From the NCBI GenBank assembly GCA_027310365.1, contig DAIDAY010000002.1, positions 1 through 63,842 on the forward strand: 63,842 nt of DNA, in the 5' to 3' direction. This DNA comes from a bacterium (lineage in GTDB: Bacteria; Patescibacteriota; Minisyncoccia; UBA6257; GWB1-50-10). The translations under genes and the position numbers were made by a program. The notes beneath the pieces are model-generated. The model was not told where the DNA came from. It saw only the letters and a program-made list of their open reading frames with translations, and did no database searches. This document shows positions 1 through 8,297 of the stretch, one piece after another (the first letter of the stretch is position 1; each line of letters begins with the position of its first letter).

Positions 1-86
1 TCCCTGACCCCGTACCCTGCCCGGACCATCCGGACCGCTTCCATCCGGAGGCGGAGCAACCTTTTGTTTGTTTCGTACATACCCAT
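1..86 (-). CDS. possible 5' end of a gene running off the left edge (HTH-like N-terminus)
   Basis: Minus-strand ATG at 86..84 opens a frame that stays open to base 1: MGMYETNKRLLRLRMEAVRMVRAGYGVR. It resembles helix-turn-helix N-termini of IS transposases or regulators, but only 28 codons are visible. Confidence 0.2.
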   Translation of the reverse strand, partial: MGMYETNKRLLRLRMEAVRMVRAGYGVR

Positions 87-211
87 ATTCTAACCCTCCA
101 GTGTTTCCAAGCTATTGAACCATTACGTGGTATTGACCTTTGCATATATATGTTGTCCTAACCCGTTTCCACCCTCATCTTACTGACGCATCCCCACCTT
201 TTTAATTTTCA

Positions 212-247
212 TCCACAGTTATTTAGCCATGGCTAAATAACTGTGGA
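212..247. repeat. 36-bp perfect palindrome (candidate operator)
   Basis: TCCACAGTTATTTAGCCATGGCTAAATAACTGTGGA equals its own reverse complement. It is centred on CCATGG and lies 4 nt upstream of an extended -10 box. Confidence 0.9.
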
Positions 248-250
248 GAA

Positions 251-259
251 TGGTATAAT
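251..259 (+). promoter_or_regulatory. extended -10 promoter element TGGTATAAT
   Basis: Exact TGnTATAAT. It ends 12 nt before the ATG at 272, and no Shine-Dalgarno sequence lies between. Confidence 0.6.
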
Positions 260-271
260 ATTTGCATCACT

Positions 272-877
272 ATGGCAGATGACAAAAAGCGCAAAAACGA
301 AAACAGGAAGATGAGATTGCGAAAAAATTCCAACCCGCACAAAATCATGCGCCAACTTGTAGCGGGCGGAGGCATCTTGTTAATTTCACTCGCCTCGCCG
401 GTTGCTGGAGCTGCAATGATCAAGAATTTATTGCGCGGATATTTTTATAAGAGATCCTTTGAAAAAGAGAGGTTTTTAAGAGATTTGAAAAACTTGCAAA
501 GGCGTGAATTGATAGATTTTAAGGAACTGGACGGCGGCAGGGTTCAGATCGTGATCACACGGGCGGGGCGGCAAAAAATGCTTTCCTACGATATTGACGA
601 TATTCATTTAAAAAAGACGGGGAAATGGGACAAAAAATGGCGGCTCATTATCTTTGATATACCGGTCAATCAGAAGCAAGCCAGAGATGCATTCGGCAGG
701 AAATTGCGTAGCATGAATTTCTACCCCCTGCAGAAAAGTGTTTATGTTGCGCCTTATCCATGCGAAGACGAGATAGAGTTTTTGGCGATGATCTTCGATG
801 TGCGCAGGCACATCCTTATTCTGCATGTCAGTGATTTTGAGGGAGAGGAAAAACTCAAAAATCACTTTGGGTTATGA
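272..877 (+). CDS. PaaX-like regulator (wHTH plus Cas2-like ferredoxin-fold domain) with an N-terminal hydrophobic segment
   Basis: The N-terminus is a basic stretch followed by LVAGGGILLISLASPVAGAAMI. The C-terminal WRLIIFDIP...ARDAFGRKLRSMNFYPLQKSVYV matches the recalled PaaX/Cas2-like domain pattern. Not searched. Confidence 0.6.
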   Translation: MADDKKRKNENRKMRLRKNSNPHKIMRQLVAGGGILLISLASPVAGAAMIKNLLRGYFYKRSFEKERFLRDLKNLQRRELIDFKELDGGRVQIVITRAGRQKMLSYDIDDIHLKKTGKWDKKWRLIIFDIPVNQKQARDAFGRKLRSMNFYPLQKSVYVAPYPCEDEIEFLAMIFDVRRHILILHVSDFEGEEKLKNHFGL

Positions 878-892
878 TGCCTCTGTGTTTAA

Positions 893-928
893 TCCATAAT
901 TAAAAAGCCATGGCTAAATAACTGTGGA
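893..928. repeat. degenerate second copy of the 36-bp palindrome
   Basis: 907-928 (GCCATGGCTAAATAACTGTGGA) is identical to 226-247. The left arm (893-906) has 5 mismatches. It lies between the convergent genes 272..877 and tsaD. Confidence 0.85.
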
Positions 929-948
929 TATCGCACCGCGGATAATTT

Positions 949-2055
949 TTATAGAGTTAAATTTGCTTGGGCCGCGATGCGGCGGTTTTTCTTTTTCAAG
1001 ATTTGGATGTATGCGGCGGCGGCAATCATTGCGGCGTTATCGGTATTAAATTCCATGGGCGGCGCGAAGAAATTGACGTGTAGCTCGTGGCTTGCAGCCT
1101 GTAGCGCATCTCTCAATGCTTTATTTGCTGCGACGCCGCCGGCGAGAATGATCGATTTTGCTTTGAATTCCTTGGCGGCCTTGGCGGTTTTGTAAACCAG
1201 GGTTTCCACGGCCGCTGCCTGGAAACTCGCCGCAACGTCCTCGATGAATTTGTTGCTCTTAAATTGGCTCTCGTGGTCTTTTATATAGTAAAGCACCGAT
1301 GTTTTCAATCCCGAAAAACTGAAGTCGTAGTTCTTCCCTCTCATCATGGGGCGAGGAAAGTCTATCGATGCTTCGTCACCATTCTCCGCCATTTTTTGTA
1401 TCTCCGGACCACCGGGATAGGGGAGACCAAGCATCCTCGCCACTTTGTCGAATGCCTCCCCTACAGCATCGTCTCTCGTCTCGCCGAGTTTTTTCCACTG
1501 GGTCAGCGACTTCAAGAGGAGAAGAATGGTATGTCCCCCGGAAACCACGAGCCCGATTGCCGGGGAAATTTTCGCTCTTGAAAATTGGAAATGAGAAATG
1601 GGAAATTGGGATTTTTGGGTCAGCAGAAAGCTGTAGAGATGTCCCTCCATGTGGTTTACCCCGACGAGCTTCGATCCGGGGAAGTGATTGTGATGAATTT
1701 CTTTTGCGAAGTTGATGCCGGTCCAGAGTGCCGGTTCGAGTCCAGGGCCTACGGTCACCGCAACTGCGTCCACCTTCATATTCGGTGTTTTGCCGGCGGC
1801 ATTTTGCGCTTGTTTGGAACTTGAGATTTTGGATTCAGAATTTGCAAGGATCCGTTCAAGGATGACGGGCAAATTCTTGAGGTGTTCCCGCTTTGCGATA
1901 TTAGGAACCACGCCGCCGAAAGGTGCGTGAAAGGAGATTTGCGAAGAAACGATGTTCTCGAGAACCCTGAAGCGTGGCGCTTTTAATCCGCCGCTCGCTT
2001 CTACGATGGCGATTGCCGTTTCGTCGCAACTTGTTTCTATGGATAAAATTTTCAT
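949..2055 (-). CDS. tsaD: tRNA N6-adenosine threonylcarbamoyltransferase TsaD (Kae1/Gcp family)
   Basis: MKILSIETSCDETAIAIVE N-terminus, GVNHMEGH metal motif and GGVAAN near the C-terminus. Confidence 0.95.
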   Translation of the reverse strand: MKILSIETSCDETAIAIVEASGGLKAPRFRVLENIVSSQISFHAPFGGVVPNIAKREHLKNLPVILERILANSESKISSSKQAQNAAGKTPNMKVDAVAVTVGPGLEPALWTGINFAKEIHHNHFPGSKLVGVNHMEGHLYSFLLTQKSQFPISHFQFSRAKISPAIGLVVSGGHTILLLLKSLTQWKKLGETRDDAVGEAFDKVARMLGLPYPGGPEIQKMAENGDEASIDFPRPMMRGKNYDFSFSGLKTSVLYYIKDHESQFKSNKFIEDVAASFQAAAVETLVYKTAKAAKEFKAKSIILAGGVAANKALRDALQAASHELHVNFFAPPMEFNTDNAAMIAAAAYIQILKKKNRRIAAQANLTL

Positions 2056-2117
2056 ACAGCCGGTCGCAAGGTATATAATATAGTAAAAGTGAAAGGTCGC
2101 CTTTACAAGTTTTGCTC

Positions 2118-2522
2118 ATGATTCAATTTTTATTCATTTTCAGCGATTGGGGGCTCCTCATCTTGCGATTTGTCCTTGGACTTATCATGGCGAAGCACGG
2201 TTTTCCGAAGATGAAAGATTTGAAAACGACGGGCGCGAGTTTCGGGGATATGGGCTTTAAACCCGGCCGTTTTTGGGGGACGCTTGTCGCTCTCGCTGAA
2301 GTTGCCGGCGGTCTAGCGTTAATACTCGGATTTCTCACCCAGATTTTTGCCGTCATCCTCCTCATCGAGTTTGTGGTCATTCTTTTGAAAGTAAAACGGA
2401 AAGCGGGTTTCGTCGGCGGTTATGAATTTGAACTCCTGATTTTCGCAGCGCTTTTCCTCCTCGTGCTCTTCGGCGCTGGCTCCCGAAGTTTGGATTGGGC
2501 GCTCGGCCTCGTCGTTTTTTAG
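2118..2522 (+). CDS. DoxX-family membrane protein
   Basis: The track ORF begins at a TTG (2112); the first ATG is at 2118. LLILRFVLGLIMAKHGFPKM and four hydrophobic segments are typical of DoxX. Confidence 0.7.
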   Translation: MIQFLFIFSDWGLLILRFVLGLIMAKHGFPKMKDLKTTGASFGDMGFKPGRFWGTLVALAEVAGGLALILGFLTQIFAVILLIEFVVILLKVKRKAGFVGGYEFELLIFAALFLLVLFGAGSRSLDWALGLVVF

Positions 2523-4001
2523 ATGAGTTCTCGTATGCGTTTCTATGAAATCTTGCCCGGCCTCGCCGCTTGGCTGACGCTTTTGGTCTTGATGTTTGCT
2601 TCCTGGCAGTTGCCTCAGGCGGTTGTCGTGTTTATTTTACTCTACGATTTTTATTGGATCCTTAAATTGTTTTATCTCTTTCTTCACCTGCGTTACGCTT
2701 TCTCCAGGATGAGAAAAAATCTCAAAACCGATTGGCTGGAAAAGCTGCGCAGCGAGAATCTTGCGTGGGAAAATATTTACCATTTGCTTATTTTGCCGAC
2801 CTATCGGGAGCCGTACGCCGTCGTCGAGAGCAGTTTCGAAAGCTTGGCAAAAACCAACTATCCCCAAGAGAAGCTCCTTGTGGTTTTGGCGCTCGAGGAA
2901 CGCGCCGGCGCGGAAGACGTCGGGGTTGCAGAAAAAATAAAAAAGAAATTCGGCGAATCGTTCGGCGGATTTCTCATCACCGTTCACCCCAGTGGATTGC
3001 TCGGTGAAATTCCCGGCAAGGGTTCCAACGAGGCGTGGGCGGCGCGCCATGCCGTTCCCGCCTTGGTCGACCAGAGCGGCATACCGCATGAACGCGTCAT
3101 TGTGTCGGTTTTCGATATCGATACACGGACGGATTCGAATTACTTCGGCGTCTTGACGTATTCCTTCTTGAGGGCCGAAAAACCTCTCCGTTCCAGTTTC
3201 CAGCCGATACCTTTTTTCACGAATAACCTTACATCGACAAAATTTTTTGCGCGGCTCATTGGCTTCTCATCGACATTCTGGCAACTCATGCAATCCTCAA
3301 GGCCAGAACAGTTGGTTACCTTCTCTTCCCACAGCATCCCCCTTCAGGCTCTCATTGATGTCGGCTTTTGGGAAACCAACCTGGTATCAGAGGATTCGAG
3401 AATTTTTTTCCAGTGCCTGAATCGCTACGACGGCGACTGGCGGACCGTCCCGCTGTTCTACCCGGTTTACATGGATGCGGTTCGAGGAAGAAGTTTTTGG
3501 GACTCTATGGTCAGTTTGTATAAACAGCAACGCCGTTGGGCGTGGGGGGCCGAGAATTTTGCGTATCTCGTCCGCGACTTCAAGGTGAATGGGAAAGTGC
3601 CTGTCGAAAAAAAGAGATTTTGGATCCGAACGATGTTTGAAGGATTCTATTCTTGGTCGACCAGTTCCTTCATCATATTTTTCTTCGGCATCATGCCGAA
3701 CATCCTGGGAGGAGAAGGTTTCAAGAACTCCGTCTTGTCGTATAACCTGCCCCGGATGACAGGCGTTATCCTGAATTTGAGCACTATCGGCATCATCGTC
3801 TCGGCGATTCTGAGCTTGGTGCTTATGGTACCGCGGACCAAAGATTTTAAGAAAAAATACTATCTTTTGTATCTTTTGGAGTGGGCGCTTATGCCCATCG
3901 TCTTCATATTCTTCGGAGCCATACCAGCCCTGGATGCGCAAACGCGCCTCATGATCGGCGGCAAGGCGCGCCTCGGCTATTGGCGAACGCCGAAAAGATA
4001 G
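2523..4001 (+). CDS. membrane-bound family-2 glycosyltransferase (processive, cellulose/chitin-synthase-like)
   Basis: N- and C-terminal TM segments, FDIDT, and the QQRRWAWG (QxxRW) motif. Confidence 0.8.
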   Translation: MSSRMRFYEILPGLAAWLTLLVLMFASWQLPQAVVVFILLYDFYWILKLFYLFLHLRYAFSRMRKNLKTDWLEKLRSENLAWENIYHLLILPTYREPYAVVESSFESLAKTNYPQEKLLVVLALEERAGAEDVGVAEKIKKKFGESFGGFLITVHPSGLLGEIPGKGSNEAWAARHAVPALVDQSGIPHERVIVSVFDIDTRTDSNYFGVLTYSFLRAEKPLRSSFQPIPFFTNNLTSTKFFARLIGFSSTFWQLMQSSRPEQLVTFSSHSIPLQALIDVGFWETNLVSEDSRIFFQCLNRYDGDWRTVPLFYPVYMDAVRGRSFWDSMVSLYKQQRRWAWGAENFAYLVRDFKVNGKVPVEKKRFWIRTMFEGFYSWSTSSFIIFFFGIMPNILGGEGFKNSVLSYNLPRMTGVILNLSTIGIIVSAILSLVLMVPRTKDFKKKYYLLYLLEWALMPIVFIFFGAIPALDAQTRLMIGGKARLGYWRTPKR

Positions 4002-4065
4002 TTCAAAGTTAAAGAGTTTTGCATTCCAGCTTTGACGTTTGAGTATCGCATTTTAAACTAAGGTT

Positions 4066-4599
4066 ATGTCTGAATACATCACACGGGCGATCGTTTTGGG
4101 CTTTGAAGGAAAAAAAGAACACGACAAAGTGTTTGATCTCTACACAGAAAGCTTCGGCCGCATACGCGTGCAATCTCCCGGAGGCAGAAAAATACTCTCC
4201 AAGTTATCTCCCCATTTGGATACGGCTGATTTTGCCACGGTGAAAATCATTGAAAAGAACAATCTTACGCTTGCAGATTCCTTTCGGGAGGAAAAGATAA
4301 CGGAGAAAAATGGTAATGCCGTCTTTTTCGCCCGGATGCTGAGGGTGCTTTCACTCGTGAAGCGGCTTTCACCCGAAGGCTTGCCCGATGGAGGCCTGTG
4401 GCATTTCCTTGGAGATGCTCGTCGCCGGGGGGAGATCGATTTCCGCGCGTTGCTGGGACACTTGGGTTACGGTGTGGAAAATGCGTCGTGTGAAGAATGT
4501 GGATCTCGGCGCGTAACGGCCTTCAGCGAAGCGAGCCAGGAATTTTTTTGCGATGCATGTTGTTTAAAGCTGCCCGGAAATAACGTATTATACCTCTAA
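4066..4599 (+). CDS. recO: DNA repair protein RecO (short form)
   Basis: OB-fold-like N-terminus YITRAIVLGFEGKKEHDKVFDLYTESFGRIRV and a C-terminal Cys cluster CEECGS...FCDACC. Only 177 aa. Confidence 0.7.
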   Translation: MSEYITRAIVLGFEGKKEHDKVFDLYTESFGRIRVQSPGGRKILSKLSPHLDTADFATVKIIEKNNLTLADSFREEKITEKNGNAVFFARMLRVLSLVKRLSPEGLPDGGLWHFLGDARRRGEIDFRALLGHLGYGVENASCEECGSRRVTAFSEASQEFFCDACCLKLPGNNVLYL

Positions 4600-4618
4600 A
4601 CAGAAACAACGCGGGAAA

Positions 4619-6415
4619 ATGTCTCTCAAAGCTATAGAAAAAAGAATGAGGAAGTACCGGAAGAGTACGGAGAGGAATTACTTACCTCGCTGGATAAAAA
4701 GAACCCTTACGGGAGCGATCGTCGTCGGTTTGCTGATCATTGTCTTTGGCGCCGCTTTCATCGTGTATTATTTGAACGAGCCCCGAGGCGTCGACTTGGC
4801 AGTGTCAGCCCCTTCGGATGTCGCGCGGGGCGTTCCTTTTGAGCTGGACGTTAACATCACAAACATTTCGGGGGCCCCGATGCAAAATGGTTTACTCACC
4901 GTGACATTGCCGGAAGGTCTCCTCCTGTGGAGCTCGAAGATCAACGGCAATATTTATTCGGAGAGCATCGGCAGCGTCGGTACCGGCAGTCTGACGAAGA
5001 AGGTGTATAAAATCATTGCGGTGGGAGGCTTGAATTCCCGTCAGGACCTTGCGGTTTCTTTTTCTTATCTCAATCAAAACGGAACGCGGTTTGAAGTGAA
5101 AAGCGGCGCAGCCGTTCTCGTTTCGAGCGAGGTGGTGAGCGCGAGCGTCGTCAAACCCGACCAGATTCTGAACGGCTCATCCTTCTCTTTTACGGTGAAC
5201 TATGTCAACAATTCCGATTTCGATTTTCCCAATCTGGTATTGGAAGCCGATTTTCCTGATTCTTATACCTTTGATTCGGCTTCTGAGCCGCCTTCCTCGC
5301 TTTCGAATGTGTGGCAATTGGGATCCTCTCTTGCCCGTTCAACGGGAACCATTGCGATCAAGGGAAAATTTTCCAATTCCAGCGCTTCGTCGTTTGACAT
5401 CCCCCTCAAATTTTTCACCGTTTTGAACGGGAAGAACTATCAGGTCGCCGATTACGACGCTTCCTTTTCTCTCTCGCCGTCACCCATTGGGATAAGCATT
5501 TTTACCAACGGAATGGACCATTATGTCGCGAAGCCGGTGGACACTTTGAATTACGTCATCCAGTACAACAATATGAGCGGCATCGCCCTCACCAACGTCA
5601 CGGTGAAAGCTGCCTTGAGCGGTTTTGGCAATTGGTCGTCGGTGAAGACGGACGGCAGTTTCGATCCCAACGTTAGGACAATAACGTGGACGAGCGCCAC
5701 GACGCCCCCTTTGCAATTTATTTCCCCCGGCGGGACCGGGAGACTCAACTTCAGCCTGAACGTAAGTTCCGCAATCCCGACATCTCTCCAGGGATTGTCG
5801 ACCAAGAACCTGTACGTAAGAGTCGTCGCTTCCGTAAGTTCTCCCTCTGTGCCGTACTATGTTTCGGGCAACAGCACGTTCGCGGAGACGTCGGTCGAGA
5901 CGAAAATTTCAAGTTTGGTATATTTGAACGCTCGGGCGCTTTTGCAAGATCCGGGAAGCGGCATCGTCAATGCGAGGAGTTTCCCTCCGAAAGCAGGGGT
6001 GCCCACCACTTATACTCTCCACTGGCTTTTGAGCAATTATGGGAACGACTTAAGTGAAGTGAAAATCTCCGCGCCGCTGCCGCCGGGCGTTACTTTCACC
6101 GACATCGCAAAAAGTAACATTGCATCCTCGACGCCGGCGTACGATACCTCGACCCAGAGCATGGTTTGGAACGTCGGCGATGTTGTGGCGAACAGCGGCC
6201 TTATCACCGGTCCCATCGAGGGTATTTTTCAGGTGCAAGCGACGCCGGATGCGAGCGATATCGGTTCCTATAAAACGATTTTGGGAAAAACGATTTTGAG
6301 CGGCAACGACAATTTTACGGGGACGTCCGTCAACGCTTCGTATGAGCCGCTGACGACGCTTCTTCCCACCGACCTTACGGTTTCGCCCGGAGAGGGGGTC
6401 GTCACGCAGCGATAA
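4619..6415 (+). CDS. membrane-anchored extracellular protein with repeated beta-rich segments (function unknown)
   Basis: N-terminal TM (LTGAIVVGLLIIVFGAAFIVYYL) followed by a long Ser/Thr/Asn/Val-rich sequence with recurring 'L.Y.V.Y.N.S' style segments. No catalytic motif was seen. Confidence 0.6.
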   Translation: MSLKAIEKRMRKYRKSTERNYLPRWIKRTLTGAIVVGLLIIVFGAAFIVYYLNEPRGVDLAVSAPSDVARGVPFELDVNITNISGAPMQNGLLTVTLPEGLLLWSSKINGNIYSESIGSVGTGSLTKKVYKIIAVGGLNSRQDLAVSFSYLNQNGTRFEVKSGAAVLVSSEVVSASVVKPDQILNGSSFSFTVNYVNNSDFDFPNLVLEADFPDSYTFDSASEPPSSLSNVWQLGSSLARSTGTIAIKGKFSNSSASSFDIPLKFFTVLNGKNYQVADYDASFSLSPSPIGISIFTNGMDHYVAKPVDTLNYVIQYNNMSGIALTNVTVKAALSGFGNWSSVKTDGSFDPNVRTITWTSATTPPLQFISPGGTGRLNFSLNVSSAIPTSLQGLSTKNLYVRVVASVSSPSVPYYVSGNSTFAETSVETKISSLVYLNARALLQDPGSGIVNARSFPPKAGVPTTYTLHWLLSNYGNDLSEVKISAPLPPGVTFTDIAKSNIASSTPAYDTSTQSMVWNVGDVVANSGLITGPIEGIFQVQATPDASDIGSYKTILGKTILSGNDNFTGTSVNASYEPLTTLLPTDLTVSPGEGVVTQR

Positions 6416-6699
6416 AAAACCCCGATCCCCCGCAGAGACCTCCCTTCACCATCATGCATCCTCGCTCATCGTCATCCGCAGCGGAATATGCGGAGCTTCA
6501 CTCCGTCGCCTCAAAAATTAGTAGGTACTGAATTTTGAGGCGAGTTCGGGATTCAAACACAGTCCCAGTCCCAGTTGTTTTCTCGCCTCTTCCTCTTCGC
6601 CTTCCTGCGCAGGCGGGTCGCTCCGGAGACAGCCTGAGCGAGGGATGCCGGTTGAGTGGTTTGGCACGGGATAGGTTTTAATGTACCATTGAGACGAAC

Positions 6700-8025
6700 A
6701 TGGATATCGGGGAAAAGGTGGCGAGTTTGGCGAAGCGAAGAGGATTTATTTATCCGGGGAGCGAAATTTACGGCGGCCTTGCCGGCACGTGGGATTACGG
6801 CCCGTTGGGCACCGAGCTCAAGCGCAATATCAAGAACGAATTCTGGAAATCGATGATCCAGGAACGGAGCGATGTCGTTGGGCTCGATGCCGCGATCATC
6901 ATGAACCCGAAGGTGTGGGAAGCATCCGGCCACTTGGAATCGTTTTCCGATCCGCTCGTGGAATGCAAAAGGTGCCATCACCGGTTCAGGGCCGACCATG
7001 GTGAAGGAAAGAAATGTCCGGACTGCGGCGGAGAGCTCACGGCGCCCAAAAAGTTCAATTTGATGGTTGAGACGTACCTCGGCGTGATTGAGGGCGAAAA
7101 GCAAAAAACATATCTCCGGGGAGAAATAACCCAGGGTGTCCATGTCAATTTCAAAAATATTTTATCGTCCACGCGCGTGAAAATCCCGTTCGGTGTCGCC
7201 CAAATCGGTAAGGCTTTCCGGAATGAGATAACGCCCGGCGGTTTCACCTTCCGATCGCGCGAATTTGAACAAATGGAACTCCAATACTACGTGAAGCCCG
7301 ATGACAAGGAATCCATGAAGCAGTTTGAATACTGGAAAAAAGAACGGATGGATTGGTATGTTTCGCTGGGAATAAACAAGAAAAACCTGCGATTCAAGGA
7401 ACACGCGAAGGACGAACTGGCTCATTATGCCAAAGCCGCTTTCGACATCGAATACAATGCCAAAGGGGAATGGAAGGAGATGGAAGGAATCCATCATCGC
7501 GGCGATTGGGATGTGAGTCGGCATCAGAAATTCTCGGGCGAGGACATGACATACTTCGACGAGGAAACGAAGGAGAAATTTCTCCCCTATATTATTGAAA
7601 CATCCGGCGGTGTTGATCGGGCGACGCTCTTTTTTCTCATGGATGCGTACGAAGAAGAAAAAGTGAAAGAAGGGGAAACAAGAGCGGTTCTGCGCTTGCA
7701 TCCGAAGCTCGCGCCGTACAAGGTGGCGGTTTTCCCGCTCCTCGCAAACAAGCCGAAACTTGTCGATGTCGCGAAAAGAATCTACGACGATTTGAAAAAA
7801 GATATGATGGTTGCGTGGGACGAGCGGGGAAACATCGGGAAGCGGTACCGCACGCAGGATGAAGCGGGAACGCCCTTCTGCGTCACGGTTGACTTTGACA
7901 GTCTTGGGAATGATGACGTAACCGTACGCGACCGGGATACCATGAAACAAGATCGTGTAAAAATCAAGGAGCTTGATTGGTATTTAAAAGAAAAGATTGG
8001 GGGGAAGAGTAAAGAGGGTAAATAG
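6700..8025 (+). CDS. glyQS: glycine--tRNA ligase (alpha2-type)
   Basis: GSEIYGGLAGTWDYGPLGTELKRNIKNEFW N-terminal signature. Class II motifs and an anticodon-binding C-terminus (VAVFPL...). Confidence 0.95.
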   Translation: MDIGEKVASLAKRRGFIYPGSEIYGGLAGTWDYGPLGTELKRNIKNEFWKSMIQERSDVVGLDAAIIMNPKVWEASGHLESFSDPLVECKRCHHRFRADHGEGKKCPDCGGELTAPKKFNLMVETYLGVIEGEKQKTYLRGEITQGVHVNFKNILSSTRVKIPFGVAQIGKAFRNEITPGGFTFRSREFEQMELQYYVKPDDKESMKQFEYWKKERMDWYVSLGINKKNLRFKEHAKDELAHYAKAAFDIEYNAKGEWKEMEGIHHRGDWDVSRHQKFSGEDMTYFDEETKEKFLPYIIETSGGVDRATLFFLMDAYEEEKVKEGETRAVLRLHPKLAPYKVAVFPLLANKPKLVDVAKRIYDDLKKDMMVAWDERGNIGKRYRTQDEAGTPFCVTVDFDSLGNDDVTVRDRDTMKQDRVKIKELDWYLKEKIGGKSKEGK

Positions 8026-8240
8026 ATCGTCTTCGCGTCGCAAATGCTCCCGCAACGGTGACTCTCGATCTTGTTGCTTACGACTAATCTCCCCGATACG
8101 GGAAATTATGCTTGGCAATACGATTCCTCTATACCGAGGGGAAGCTATAAGATATCCATCGGTATCGATGGCAAGAGCGGAACGCCAGCCGTGAGCGGCG
8201 TTTTCACTCTTCAGTAGATCGAAAACAATCCGACGGAAAA

Positions 8241-8276
8241 CCGGCAAGCTTTTCTTTGAGCTTGCCGGTTGTGTTT
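8241..8276 (+). terminator. intrinsic terminator-like hairpin
   Basis: CCGGCAAGCT-TTTCTTTG-AGCTTGCCGG (10-bp stem) followed by TTGTGTTT. It lies 216 nt after the glyQS stop. Confidence 0.6.
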
Positions 8277-8285
8277 CCCCATCGG

Positions 8286-8291
8286 TATAAT
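8286..8291 (+). promoter_or_regulatory. -10 box TATAAT placed for a leaderless transcript
   Basis: A perfect TATAAT lies 6 nt upstream of the ATG at 8298. Confidence 0.5.
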
Positions 8292-8297
8292 GGAATC

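Noticed and set aside
272-877. A Cas2-like domain, which might hint at a CRISPR-Cas locus.
   Set aside because: No repeat-spacer array and no other cas gene appear anywhere in the window. The domain fused to a wHTH is the PaaX-type regulator architecture.
6508-6570. A tRNA-like look (GAGTTCGGGATTCAAAC) near the hairpin upstream of glyQS.
   Set aside because: I could not build an acceptor stem, a D-arm or a T-arm with a paired stem on either strand.
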